From NCBI RefSeq assembly GCF_009914755.1, contig NC_060937.1: a stretch of 64,000 bases of DNA. One strand, given 5' to 3'. This document shows, in pieces, positions 40,134-54,749 of this stretch (the stretch's first letter is position 1; every line of letters starts with the position of its first letter). The notes beneath the pieces were generated by a model. The model saw nothing but the letters and a program-made list of their open reading frames with translations, was not told where the DNA came from and searched no databases. Origin of the DNA: the human T2T-CHM13v2.0 reference genome, Homo sapiens. The position numbers and the translations under genes are program-made.

Positions 40134-43100
40134 GTGTTTCAAACCTGCTCTATGAAAGGCCATGTTCATCTCTATGAGTCGAATGGAAATATCCGAAAGA
40201 AATTTCTGGGAATGCTGCTGTCTAGTTTTTATACGAATTCCCGCTTCCAACGAAATCCTCAAAGCAATCCAAATATCCACTTGCAGAATCCACAAAAAGA
40301 GTGTTTCAAAACTGCTCTATCAATAGAAAGGTTCAACTCTTTTAGTTGAGTACACACATCACAAACAAGTTTCTGAGAATGCTTCTGTCTGGCTTTTATT
40401 GGAAGACGTTTCCTTTTCACCAAAGGCATCAAAGCGCTCCAAATGTCCACTTCCAGATTCTTCCAAAAGAGTGTTTGAAACGTGCTCAAAGTAAGGGAAT
40501 GTTCAACTCTGTGACTTGAATGCAGATATCACCAAGTAGTTTCTAATAGTGCTTCTGTCTAGATTTTAGATGATGATATTCCCGTTTCCAACGAAATCGT
40601 TAGAGCTATCCAAATATCCACTTACAGTTGCTACAAAAACAGTGTTTCCAAACTGCTGCATCAAAAGAAAGGTTCAACTCTGTTAGTTGAGGACACACGT
40701 CACAAAGAAGTTTGTGAGAATGCTTCTGTCTAGATTTTGTATGACGATATTCCCTTTTCCAACGATATCGTTAAAGCAATCTAAATATCCATTTGCAGAA
40801 TCCACAAAAATAGAGTTTCAAAGCTGCTCTGTAAAAAGAAAGGTTCCACTCTGTTAGCTGAGTACACACATCACAAACTTGTTTCTCAGAATCCTTCTGT
40901 CTCGTTTTTCTGGGAAGATATTTACTTTTTCACCGTAGGCATCAAAGCGCTCCAAATGTCCACATCCAGATACTCCAGAAAGAGTGTTTCAAACCTGCTC
41001 TATGAAAGGGAATCTTCAACTCTATGAGTTGAATGCAGACATCAGAAAGAAATTTCTGAGAATGCTGCTGTCTACCTTTTATTTGAATTCCCGCTTCCAA
41101 CGAAATCCTCCAAGCTATCCAAATATCCACTTGCAGATTCCACAAAAAGAGTGTTTCAAAACTGCTCTCTATCAATGGCAAAGTTCAACTCTGTTAGTTG
41201 AGGACACATATCACCAACAAGTTTCTGAGAATGCTTCTGTCTATTTTTTATGGGAAGATATTTCCTTTTTCACCGTAGGCGTCAAGGCGATCGAAATGTC
41301 CACTTCCACAAACTACAAAAAGAGTGTTTCAAACCTGCTCTATGAAAGGCCATGTTCATCTCTATGAGTCGAATGGAAATATCCGAAAGAAATTTCTGGG
41401 AATGCTGCTGTCTAGTTTTTATACGAATTCCCGCTTCCAACGAAATCCTCAAAGCAATCCAAATATCCACTTGCAGAATCCACAAAAAGAGTGTTTCAAA
41501 ACTGCTCTATCAATAGAAAGGTTCAACTCTTTTAGTTGAGTACACACATCACAAACAAGTTTCTGAGAATGCTTCTGTCTGGCTTTTATTGGAAGACGTT
41601 TCCTTTTCACCAAAGGCATCAAAGCGCTCCAAATGTCCACTTCCAGATTCTTCCAAAAGAGTGTTTGAAACGTGCTCAAAGTAAGGGAATGTTCAACTCT
41701 GTGACTTGAATGCAGATATCACCAAGTAGTTTCTAATAGTGCTTCTGTCTAGATTTTAGATGATGATATTCCCGTTTCCAACGAAATCGTTAGAGCTATC
41801 CAAATATCCCCTTACAGTTGCTACAAAAACAGTGTTTCCAAACTGCTGCATCAAAAGAAAGGTTCAACTCTGTTAGTTGAGGACACACATCACAAAGAAG
41901 TTTGTGAGAATGCTTCTGTCTAGATTTTGTATGACGATATTCCCTTTTCCAACGATATCGTTAAAGCAATCTAAATATCCATTTGCAGAATCCACAAAAA
42001 TAGAGTTTCAAAGCTGCTCTGTAAAAAGAAAGGTTGCACTCTGTTAGCTGAGTACACACATCACAAACTTGTTTCTCAGAATCCTTCTGTCTCGTTTTTC
42101 TGGGAAGATATTTACTTTTTCACCGTAGGCATCAAAGCGCTCCAAATGTCCACATCCAGATACTCCAGAAAGAGTGTTTCAAACCTGCTCTATGAAAGGG
42201 AATCTTCAACTCTATGAGTTGAATGCAGACATCAGAAAGAAATTTCTGAGAATGCTGCTGTCTACCTTTTATTTGAATTCCCGCTTCCAACGAAATCCTC
42301 CAAGCTATCCAAATATCCACTTGCAGATTCCACAAAAAGAGTGTTTCAAAACTGCTCTCTATCAATGGCAAAGTTCAACTCTGTTAGTTGAGGACACATA
42401 TCACCAACAAGTTTCTGAGAATGCTTCTGTCTATTTTTTATGGGAAGATATTTCCTTTTTCACCGTAGGCGTCAAGGCGATCGAAATGTCCACTTCCACA
42501 AACTACAAAAAGAGTGTTTCAAACCTGCTCTATGAAAGGCCATGTTCATCTCTATGAGTCGAATGGAAATATCCGAAAGAAATTTCTGGGAATGCTGCTG
42601 TCTAGTTTTTATACGAATTCCCGCTTCCAACGAAATCCTCAAAGCAATCCAAATATCCACTTGCAGAATCCACAAAAAGAGTGTTTCAAAACTGCTCTAT
42701 CAATAGAAAGGTTCAACTCTTTTAGTTGAGTACACACATCACAAACAAGTTTCTGAGAATGCTTCTGTCTGGCTTTTATTGGAAGACGTTTCCTTTTCAC
42801 CAAAGGCATCAAAGCGCTCCAAATGTCCACTTCCAGATTCTTCCAAAAGAGTGTTTGAAACGTGCTCAAAGTAAGGGAATGTTCAACTCTGTGACTTGAA
42901 TGCAGATATCACCAAGTAGTTTCTAATAGTGCTTCTGTCTAGATTTTAGATGATGATATTCCCGTTTCCAACGAAATCGTTAGAGCTATCCAAATATCCA
43001 CTTACAGTTGCTACAAAAACAGTGTTTCCAAACTGCTGCATCAAAAGAAAGGTTCAACTCTGTTAGTTGAGGACACACGTCACAAAGAAGTTTGTGAGAA

Positions 43101-43703
43101 TGCTTCTGTCTAGATTTTGTATGACGATATTCCCTTTTCCAACGATATCGTTAAAGCAATCTAAATATCCATTTGCAGAATCCACAAAAATAGAGTTTCA
43201 AAGCTGCTCTGTAAAAAGAAAGGTTCCACTCTGTTAGCTGAGTACACACATCACAAACTTGTTTCTCAGAATCCTTCTGTCTCGTTTTTCTGGGAAGATA
43301 TTTACTTTTTCACCGTAGGCATCAAAGCGCTCCAAATGTCCACATCCAGATACTCCAGAAAGAGTGTTTCAAACCTGCTCTATGAAAGGGAATCTTCAAC
43401 TCTATGAGTTGAATGCAGACATCAGAAAGAAATTTCTGAGAATGCTGCTGTCTACCTTTTATTTGAATTCCCGCTTCCAACGAAATCCTCCAAGCTATCC
43501 AAATATCCACTTGCAGATTCCACAAAAAGAGTGTTTCAAAACTGCTCTCTATCAATGGCAAAGTTCAACTCTGTTAGTTGAGGACACATATCACCAACAA
43601 GTTTCTGAGAATGCTTCTGTCTATTTTTTATGGGAAGATATTTCCTTTTTCACCGTAGGCGTCAAGGCGATCGAAATGTCCACTTCCACAAACTACAAAA
43701 AGA

Positions 43704-45571
43704 GTGTTTCAAACCTGCTCTATGAAAGGCCATGTTCATCTCTATGAGTCGAATGGAAATATCCGAAAGAAATTTCTGGGAATGCTGCTGTCTAGTTTTT
43801 ATACGAATTCCCGCTTCCAACGAAATCCTCAAAGCAATCCAAATATCCACTTGCAGAATCCACAAAAAGAGTGTTTCAAAACTGCTCTATCAATAGAAAG
43901 GTTCAACTCTTTTAGTTGAGTACACACATCACAAACAAGTTTCTGAGAATGCTTCTGTCTGGCTTTTATTGGAAGACGTTTCCTTTTCACCAAAGGCATC
44001 AAAGCGCTCCAAATGTCCACTTCCAGATTCTTCCAAAAGAGTGTTTGAAACGTGCTCAAAGTAAGGGAATGTTCAACTCTGTGACTTGAATGCAGATATC
44101 ACCAAGTAGTTTCTAATAGTGCTTCTGTCTAGATTTTAGATGATGATATTCCCGTTTCCAACGAAATCGTTAGAGCTATCCAAATATCCACTTAGTTTCT
44201 ACAAAAAGAGTGTTTCCAAACTGCTGCATCAAAAGAAAGGTTCAACTCTGTTAGTTGAGGACACACATCACAAAGAAGTTTGTGAGAATGCTTCTGTCTA
44301 GATTTTGTATGACCATATTCCCTTTTCCAGCGATATCATTAAAGCAATCTAAATATCCATTTGCAGAATCCACAAAAATAGAGTTTCAAAGCTGCTCTGT
44401 AAAAAGAAAGGTTCCACTCTGTTAGCTGAGTACACACATCACAAACTTGTTTCTCAGAATCCTTCTGTCTCGTTTTTATGGGAAGATATTTACTTTTTCA
44501 CCGTAGGCATCAAAGCGCTCCAAATGTCCACATCCAGATACTCCAGAAAGAGTGTTTCAAACCTGCTCTATGAAAGGGAATCTTCAACTCTATGAGTTGA
44601 ATGCAGACATCAGAAAGAAATTTCTGAGAATGCTGCTGTCTACCTTTTATTTGAATTCCCGCTTCCAACGAAATCCTCCAAGCTATCCAAATATCCACCT
44701 GCATTTTCCACAAAAAGAGCGTTTCAAAACTGCTCTATCAATAGAAATGTTCAACTCCTTTGGCTGGGTACACACATCACAAACAAGTTTCTGAGAATGC
44801 TTCTGTCTAGTTTTTATGGGAAGACATTCCCTTTTTCACCAAAGGCATCAAAGCGCTCCAAATGTCCACTTCCAGACACTACAAAAAGAGTGTTTCCAAC
44901 GTGCTCTAAGAAAGCGAATGTTCAACTCTGTGACTTGAATGCAGATATCACAAAGTAGTTTCTGAGAGGGCTTCTGTCTAGATTTTAGATGATGATATTC
45001 CCGTTTCCAACGAAATCATTAGAGCTATCCAAATATCCACTTACAGTTTCTACAAAAAGAGTGTTTCCAAACTGCTGCATCAAAAGAGAGGTTCCACTCT
45101 GTTAGCTGAGTACACACATCACAAACTTGTTTCTCAGAATCCTTCTGTCTCGTTTTTCTGGGAAGATATTTACTTTTTCACCGTAGGCATCAAAGCGCTC
45201 CAAATGTCCACATCCAGATACTCCAGAAAGAGTGTTTCAAACCTGCTCTATGAAAGGGAATCTTCAACTCTATGAGTTGAATGCAGACATCAGAAAGAAA
45301 TTTCTGAGAATGCTGCTGTCTACCTTTTATTTGAATTCCCGCTTCCAACGAAATCCTCCAAGCTATCCAAATATCCACTTGCAGATTCCACAAAAAGAGT
45401 GTTTCAAAACTGCTCTCTATCAATGGCAAAGTTCAACTCTGTTAGTTGAGGACACATATCACCAACAAGTTTCTGAGAATGCTTCTGTCTATTTTTTATG
45501 GGAAGATATTTCCTTTTTCACCGTAGGCGTCAAGGCGATCGAAATGTCCACTTCCACAAACTACAAAAAGA
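43704..45571 (-). repeat. 11-mer HOR (1868 bp), B cassette with upstream 2-bp deletion
   Basis: Copy of the 35206 unit at +8498. Confidence 0.93.
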
Positions 45572-46761
45572 GTGTTTCAAACCTGCTCTATGAAAGGCCA
45601 TGTTCATCTCTATGAGTCGAATGGAAATATCCGAAAGAAATTTCTGGGAATGCTGCTGTCTAGTTTTTATACGAATTCCCGCTTCCAACGAAATCCTCAA
45701 AGCAATCCAAATATCCACTTGCAGAATCCACAAAAAGAGTGTTTCAAAACTGCTCTATCAATAGAAAGGTTCAACTCTTTTAGTTGAGTACACACATCAC
45801 AAACAAGTTTCTGAGAATGCTTCTGTCTGGCTTTTATTGGAAGACGTTTCCTTTTCACCAAAGGCATCAAAGCGCTCCAAATGTCCACTTCCAGATTCTT
45901 CCAAAAGAGTGTTTGAAACGTGCTCAAAGTAAGGGAATGTTCAACTCTGTGACTTGAATGCAGATATCACCAAGTAGTTTCTAATAGTGCTTCTGTCTAG
46001 ATTTTAGATGATGATATTCCCGTTTCCAACGAAATCGTTAGAGCTATCCAAATATCCACTTACAGTTGCTACAAAAAGAGTGTTTCCAAACTGCTGCATC
46101 AAAAGAAAGGTTCAACTCTGTTAGTTGAGGACACACATCACAAAGAAGTTTGTGAGAATGCTTCTGTCTAGATTTTGTATGACGATATTCCCTTTTCCAA
46201 CGATATCGTTAAAGCAATCTAAATATCCATTTGCAGAATCCACAAAAATAGAGTTTCAAAGCTGCTCTGTAAAAAGAAAGGTTCCACTCTGTTAGCTGAG
46301 TACACACATCACAAACTTGTTTCTCAGAATCCTTCTGTCTCGTTTTTATGGGAAGATATTTACTTTTTCACCGTAGGCATCAAAGCGCTCCAAATGTCCA
46401 CATCCAGATACTCCAGAAAGAGTGTTTCAAACCTGCTCTATGAAAGGGAATCTTCAACTCTATGAGTTGAATGCAGACATCAGAAAGAAATTTCTGAGAA
46501 TGCTGCTGTCTACCTTTTATTTGAATTCCCGCTTCCAACGAAATCCTCCAAGCTATCCAAATATCCACTTGCAGATTCCACAAAAAGAGTGTTTCAAAAC
46601 TGCTCTCTATCAATGGCAAAGTTCAACTCTGTTAGTTGAGGACACATATCACCAACAAGTTTCTGAGAATGCTTCTGTCTATTTTTTATGGGAAGATATT
46701 TCCTTTTTCACCGTAGGCGTCAAGGCGATCGAAATGTCCACTTCCACAAACTACAAAAAGA

Positions 46762-48631
46762 GTGTTTCAAACCTGCTCTATGAAAGGCCATGTTCATCTC
46801 TATGAGTCGAATGGAAATATCCGAAAGAAATTTCTGGGAATGCTGCTGTCTAGTTTTTATACGAATTCCCGCTTCCAACGAAATCCTCAAAGCAATCCAA
46901 ATATCCACTTGCAGAATCCACAAAAAGAGTGTTTCAAAACTGCTCTATCAATAGAAAGGTTCAACTCTTTTAGTTGAGTACACACATCACAAACAAGTTT
47001 CTGAGAATGCTTCTGTCTGGCTTTTATTGGAAGACGTTTCCTTTTCACCAAAGGCATCAAAGCGCTCCAAATGTCCACTTCCAGATTCTTCCAAAAGAGT
47101 GTTTGAAACGTGCTCAAAGTAAGGGAATGTTCAACTCTGTGACTTGAATGCAGATATCACCAAGTAGTTTCTAATAGTGCTTCTGTCTAGATTTTAGATG
47201 ATGATATTCCCGTTTCCAACGAAATCGTTAGAGCTATCCAAATATCCACTTACAGTTTCTACAAAAAGAGTGTTTCCAAACTGCTGCATCAAAAGAAAGG
47301 TTCAACTCTGTTAGTTGAGGACACACATCACAAAGAAGTTTGTGAGAATGCTTCTGTCTAGATTTTGTATGACCATATTCCCTTTTCCAGCGATATCATT
47401 AAAGCAATCTAAATATCCATTTGCAGAATCCACAAAAATAGAGTTTCAAAGCTGCTCTGTAAAAAGAAAGGTTCCACTCTGTTAGCTGAGTACACACATC
47501 ACAAACTTGTTTCTCAGAATCCTTCTGTCTCGTTTTTATGGGAAGATATTTACTTTTTCACCGTAGGCATCAAAGCGCTCCAAATGTCCACATCCAGATA
47601 CTCCAGAAAGAGTGTTTCAAACCTGCTCTATGAAAGGGAATCTTCAACTCTATGAGTTGAATGCAGACATCAGAAAGAAATTTCTGAGAATGCTGCTGTC
47701 TACCTTTTATTTGAACTCCCGCTTCCAACGAAATCCTCCAAGCTATCGAAATATCCACTTGCATTTTCCACAAAAAGAGTGCTTCAAAACTGCTCTATCA
47801 ATAGAAATGTTCAACTCCTTTAGCTGGGTGCACACATCACAAACAAGTTTCTGAGAATGCTTCTGTCTAGTTTTTATGGGAAGACATTCCCTTTTTCACC
47901 AAAGGCATCAAAGCGCTCCAAATGTCCACTTCCAGACACTACAAAAAGAGTGTTTCCAACGTGCTCTAAGAAAGCGAATGTTCAACTCTGTGACTTGAAT
48001 GCAGATATCACAAAGTAGTTTCTGAGAGGGCTTCTGTCTAGATTTTAGATGATGATATTCCCGTTTCCAACGAAATCATTAGAGCTATCCAAATATCCAC
48101 TTACGGTTTCTACAAAAAGAGTGTTTCCAAACTGCTGCATCAAAAGAGAGGTTCCACTCTGTTAGCTGAGTACACACATCACAAACTTGTTTCTGAGAAT
48201 CCTTCTGTGTCGTTTTTATGGGAAGATATTTACTTTTTCACCGTAGGCATCAAAGCGCTCCAAATGTCCACATCCAGATACTCCAGAAAGAGTGTTTCAA
48301 ACCTGCTCTATGAAAGGGAATCTTCAACTCTATGAGTTGAATGCAGACATCAGAAAGAAATTTCTGAGAATGCTGCTGTCTACCTTTTATTTGAATTCCC
48401 GCTTCCAACGAAATCCTCCAAGCTATCCAAATATCCACTTGCAGATTCCACAAAAAGAGTGTTTCAAAACTGCTCTCTATCAATGGCAAAGTTCAACTCT
48501 GTTAGTTGAGGACACATATCACCAACAAGTTTCTGAGAATGCTTCTGTCTATTTTTTATGGGAAGATATTTCCTTTTTCGCCGTAGGCGTCAAGGCGATC
48601 GAAATGTCCACTTCCACAAACTACAAAAAGA
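46762..48631 (-). repeat. 11-mer HOR (1870 bp), A cassette without the 2-bp deletion
   Basis: gaactc, gtgcttc, atagaaatg, tttagctgggtgc. Confidence 0.92.
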
Positions 48632-49821
48632 GTGTTTCAAACCTGCTCTATGAAAGGCCATGTTCATCTCTATGAGTCGAATGGAAATATCCGAAAGAAA
48701 TTTCTGGGAATGCTGCTGTCTAGTTTTTATACGAATTCCCGCTTCCAACGAAATCCTCAAAGCAATCCAAATATCCACTTGCAGAATCCACAAAAAGAGT
48801 GTTTCAAAACTGCTCTATCAATAGAAAGGTTCAACTCTTTTAGTTGAGTACACACATCACAAACAAGTTTCTGAGAATGCTTCTGTCTGGCTTTTATTGG
48901 AAGACGTTTCCTTTTCACCAAAGGCATCAAAGCGCTCCAAATGTCCACTTCCAGATTCTTCCAAAAGAGTGTTTGAAACGTGCTCAAAGTAAGGGAATGT
49001 TCCACTCTGTGACTTGAATGCAGATATCACCAAGTAGTTTCTAATAGTGCTTCTGTCTAGATTTTAGATGATGATATTCCCGTTTCCAACGAAATCGTTA
49101 GAGCTATCCAAATATCCACTTACAGTTGCTACAAAAACAGTGTTTCCAAACTGCTGCATCAAAAGAAAGGTTCAACTCTGTTAGTTGAGGACACACGTCA
49201 CAAAGAAGTTTGTGAGAATGCTTCTGTCTAGATTTTGTATGACGATATTCCCTTTTCCAACGATATCGTTAAAGCAATCTAAATATCCATTTGCAGAATC
49301 CACAAAAATAGAGTTTCAAAGCTGCTCTGTAAAAAGAAAGGTTCCACTCTGTTAGCTGAGTACACACATCACAAACTTGTTTCTCAGAATCCTTCTGTCT
49401 CGTTTTTATGGGAAGATATTTACTTTTTCACCGTAGGCATCAAAGCGCTCCAAATGTCCACATCCAGATACTCCAGAAAGAGTGTTTCAAACCTGCTCTA
49501 TGAAAGGGAATCTTCAACTCTATGAGTTGAATGCAGACATCAGAAAGAAATTTCTGAGAATGCTGCTGTCTACCTTTTATTTGAATTCCCGCTTCCAACG
49601 AAATCCTCCAAGCTATCCAAATATCCACTTGCAGATTCCACAAAAAGAGTGTTTCAAAACTGCTCTCTATCAATGGCAAAGTTCAACTCTGTTAGTTGAG
49701 GACACATATCACCAACAACTTTCTGAGAATGCTTCTGTCTATTTTTTATGGGAAGATATTTCCTTTTTCACCGTAGGCGTCAAGGCGATCGAAATGTCCA
49801 CTTCCACAAACTACAAAAAGA

Positions 49822-52369
49822 GTGTTTCAAACCTGCTCTATGAAAGGCCATGTTCATCTCTATGAGTCGAATGGAAATATCCGAAAGAAATTTCTGGGAA
49901 TGCTGCTGTCTAGTTTTTATACGAATTCCCGCTTCCAACGAAATCCTCAAAGCAATCCAAATATCCACTTGCAGAATCCACAAAAAGAGTGTTTCAAAAC
50001 TGCTCTATCAATAGAAAGGTTCAACTCTTTTAGTTGAGTACACACATCACAAACAAGTTTCTGAGAATGCTTCTGTCTGGCTTTTATTGGAAGACGTTTC
50101 CTTTTCACCAAAGGCATCAAAGCGCTCCAAATGTCCACTTCCAGATTCTTCCAAAAGAGTGTTTGAAACGTGCTCAAAGTAAGGGAATGTTCAACTCTGT
50201 GACTTGAATGCAGATATCACCAAGTAGTTTCTAATAGTGCTTCTGTCTAGATTTTAGATGATGATATTCCCGTTTCCAACGAAATCGTTAGAGCTATCCA
50301 AATATCCACTTAGTTTCTACAAAAAGAGTGTTTCCAAACTGCTGCATCAAAAGAAAGGTTCAACTCTGTTAGTTGAGGACACACATCACAAAGAAGTTTG
50401 TGAGAATGCTTCTGTCTAGATTTTGTATGACCATATTCCCTTTTCCAGCGATATCATTAAAGCAATCTAAATATCCATTTGCAGAATCCACAAAAATAGA
50501 GTTTCAAAGCTGCTCTGTAAAAAGAAAGGTTCCACTCTGTTAGCTGAGTACACACATCACAAACTTGTTTCTCAGAATCCTTCTGTCTCGTTTTTCTGGG
50601 AAGATATTTACTTTTTCACCGTAGGCATCAAAGCGCTCCAAATGTCCACATCCAGATACTCCAGAAAGAGTGTTTCAAACCTGCTCTATGAAAGGGAATC
50701 TTCAACTCTATGAGTTGAATGCAGACATCAGAAAGAAATTTCTGAGAATGCTGCTGTCTACCTTTTATTTGAATTCCCGCTTCCAACGAAATCCTCCAAG
50801 CTATCCAAATATCCACCTGCATTTTCCACAAAAAGAGCGTTTCAAAACTGCTCTATCAATAGAAATGTTCAACTCCTTTGGCTGGGTACACACATCACAA
50901 ACAAGTTTCTGAGAATGCTTCTGTCTAGTTTTTATGGGAAGACATTCCCTTTTTCACCAAAGTCATCAAAGCGCTCCAAATGTCCACTTCCAGACACTAC
51001 AAAAAGAGTGTTTCCAACGTGCTCTAAGAAAGCGAATGTTCAACTCTGTGACTTGAATGCAGATATCACAAAGTAGTTTCTGAGAGGGCTTCTCTCTAGA
51101 TTTTAGATGATGATATTCCCGTTTCCAACGAAATCATTAGAGCTATCCAAATATCCACTTACAGTTTCTACAAAAAGAGTGTTTCCAAACTGCTGCATCA
51201 AAAGAGAGGTTCCACTCTGTTAGCTGAGTACAAACATCACAAACTTGTTTCTGAGAATCCTTCTGTCTCGTTTTTATGGGAAGATATTTACTTTTTCACC
51301 GTAGGCATCAAAGCGCTCCAAATGTCCACATCCAGATACTCCAGAAAGAGTGTTTCAAACCTGCTCTATGAAAGGGAATCTTCAACTCTATGAGTTGAAT
51401 GCAGACATCAGAAAGAAATTTCTGAGAATGCTGCTGTCTACCTTTTATTTGAACTCCCGCTTCCAACGAAATCCTCCAAGCTATCCAAATATCCACTTGC
51501 ATTTTCCACAAAAAGAGTGCTTCAAAACTGCTCTATCAATAGAAATGTTCAACTCCTTTAGCTGGGTGCACACATCACAAACAAGTTTCTGAGAATGCTT
51601 CTGTCTAGTTTTTATGGGAAGACATTCCCTTTTTCACCAAAGGCATCAAAGCGCTCCAAATGTCCACTTCCAGACACTACAAAAAGAGTGTTTCCAACGT
51701 GCTCTAAGAAAGCGAATGTTCAACTCTGTGACTTGAATGCAGATATCACAAAGTAGTTTCTGAGAGGGCTTCTGTCTAGATTTTAGATGATGATATTCCC
51801 GTTTCCAACGAAATCATTAGAGCTATCCAAATATCCACTTACAGTTTCTACAAAAAGAGTGTTTCCAAACTGCTGCATCAAAAGAGAGGTTCCACTCTGT
51901 TAGCTGAGTACACACATCACAAACTTGTTTCTGAGAATCCTTCTGTGTCGTTTTTATGGGAAGATATTTACTTTTTCACCGTAGGCATCAAAGCGCTCCA
52001 AATGTCCACATCCAGATACTCCAGAAAGAGTGTTTCAAACCTGCTCTATGAAAGGGAATATTCAACTCTATGAGTTGAATGCAGACATCAGAAAGAAATT
52101 TCTGAGAATGCTGCTGTCTACCTTTTATTTGAATTCCCGCTTCCAACGAAATCCTCCAAGCTATCCAAATATCCACTTGCAGATTCCACAAAAAGAGTGT
52201 TTCAAAACTGCTCTCTATCAATGGCAAAGTTCAACTCTGTTAGTTGAGGACACATATCACCAACAAGTTTCTGAGAATGCTTCTGTCTATTTTTTATGGG
52301 AAGATATTTCCTTTTTCACCGTAGGCGTCAAGGCGATCGAAATGTCCACTTCCACAAACTACAAAAAGA
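49822..52369 (-). repeat. 15-mer HOR variant (2548 bp) with two tandem 4-mer cassettes
   Basis: Anchor spacing 2548; internal pseudo-ORF starts at 50670, 51350 and 52030, 680 bp apart. Confidence 0.93.
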
Positions 52370-54749
52370 GTGTTTCAAACCTGCTCTATGAAAGGCCATG
52401 TTCATCTCTATGAGTCGAATGGAAATATCCGAAAGAAATTTCTGGGAATGCTGCTGTCTAGTTTTTATACGAATTCCCGCTTCCAACGAAATCCTCAAAG
52501 CAATCCAAATATCCACTTGCAGAATCCACAAAAAGAGTGTTTCAAAACTGCTCTATCAATAGAAAGGTTCAACTCTTTTAGTTGAGTACACACATCACAA
52601 ACAAGTTTCTGAGAATGCTTCTGTCTGGCTTTTATTGGAAGACGTTTCCTTTTCACCAAAGGCATCAAAGCGCTCCAAATGTCCACTTCCAGATTCTTCC
52701 AAAAGAGTGTTTGAAACGTGCTCAAAGTAAGGGAATGTTCAACTCTGTGACTTGAATGCAGATATCACCAAGTAGTTTCTAATAGTGCTTCTGTCTAGAT
52801 TTTAGATGATGATATTCCCGTTTCCAACGAAATCGTTAGAGCTATCCAAATATCCACTTACAGTTGCTACAAAAACAGTGTTTCCAAACTGCTGCATCAA
52901 AAGAAAGGTTCAACTCTGTTAGTTGAGGACACACATCACAAAGAAGTTTGTGAGAATGCTTCTGTCTAGATTTTGTATGACGATATTCCCTTTTCCAACG
53001 ATATCGTTAAAGCAATCTAAATATCCATTTGCAGAATCCACAAAAATAGAGTTTCAAAGCTGCTCTGTAAAAAGAAAGGTTCCACTCTGTTAGCTGAGTA
53101 CACACATCACAAACTTGTTTCTCAGAATCCTTCTGTCTCGTTTTTATGGGAAGATATTTACTTTTTCACCGTAGGCATCAAAGCGCTCCAAATGTCCACA
53201 TCCAGATACTCCAGAAAGAGTGTTTCAAACCTGCTCTATGAAAGGGAATCTTCAACTCTATGAGTTGAATGCAGACATCAGAAAGAAATTTCTGAGAATG
53301 CTGCTGTCTACCTTTTATTTGAATTCCCGCTTCCAACGAAATCCTCCAAGCTATCCAAATATCCACTTGCAGATTCCACAAAAAGAGTGTTTCAAAACTG
53401 CTCTCTATCAATGGCAAAGTTCAACTCTGTTAGTTGAGGACACATATCACCAACAAGTTTCTGAGAATGCTTCTGTCTATTTTTTATGGGAAGATATTTC
53501 CTTTTTCACCGTAGGCGTCAAGGCGATCGAAATGTCCACTTCCACAAACTACAAAAAGAGTGTTTCAAACCTGCTCTATGAAAGGCCATGTTCATCTCTA
53601 TGAGTCGAATGGAAATATCCGAAAGAAATTTCTGGGAATGCTGCTGTCTAGTTTTTATACGAATTCCCGCTTCCAACGAAATCCTCAAAGCAATCCAAAT
53701 ATCCACTTGCAGAATCCACAAAAAGAGTGTTTCAAAACTGCTCTATCAATAGAAAGGTTCAACTCTTTTAGTTGAGTACACACATCACAAACAAGTTTCT
53801 GAGAATGCTTCTGTCTGGCTTTTATTGGAAGACGTTTCCTTTTCACCAAAGGCATCAAAGCGCTCCAAATGTCCACTTCCAGATTCTTCCAAAAGAGTGT
53901 TTGAAACGTGCTCAAAGTAAGGGAATGTTCAACTCTGTGACTTGAATGCAGATATCACCAAGTAGTTTCTAATAGTGCTTCTGTCTAGATTTTAGATGAT
54001 GATATTCCCGTTTCCAACGAAATCGTTAGAGCTATCCAAATATCCCCTTACAGTTGCTACAAAAACAGTGTTTCCAAACTGCTGCATCAAAAGAAAGGTT
54101 CAACTCTGTTAGTTGAGGACACACATCACAAAGAAGTTTGTGAGAATGCTTCTGTCTAGATTTTGTATGACCATATTCCCTTTTCCAACGATATCGTTAA
54201 AGCAATCTAAATATCCATTTGCAGAATCCACAAAAATAGAGTTTCAAAGCTGCTCTGTAAAAAGAAAGGTTCCACTCTGTTAGCTGAGTACACACATCAC
54301 AAACTTGTTTCTCAGAATCCTTCTGTCTCGTTTTTATGGGAAGATATTTACTTTTTCACCGTAGGCATCAAAGCGCTCCAAATGTCCACATCCAGATACT
54401 CCAGAAAGAGTGTTTCAAACCTGCTCTATGAAAGGGAATCTTCAACTCTATGAGTTGAATGCAGACATCAGAAAGAAATTTCTGAGAATGCTGCTGTCTA
54501 CCTTTTATTTGAATTCCCGCTTCCAACGAAATCCTCCAAGCTATCCAAATATCCACTTGCAGATTCCACAAAAAGAGTGTTTCAAAACTGCTCTCTATCA
54601 ATGGCAAAGTTCAACTCTGTTAGTTGAGGACACATATCACCAACAAGTTTCTGAGAATGCTTCTGTCTATTTTTTATGGGAAGATATTTCCTTTTTCACC
54701 GTAGGCGTCAAGGCGATCGAAATGTCCACTTCCACAAACTACAAAAAGA

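Noticed and set aside
48757-49005. Uniquely extended 82-aa minus-strand ORF
   Set aside because: Caused by a single A>C change at 49003 that creates an alternative start; no evidence of coding function
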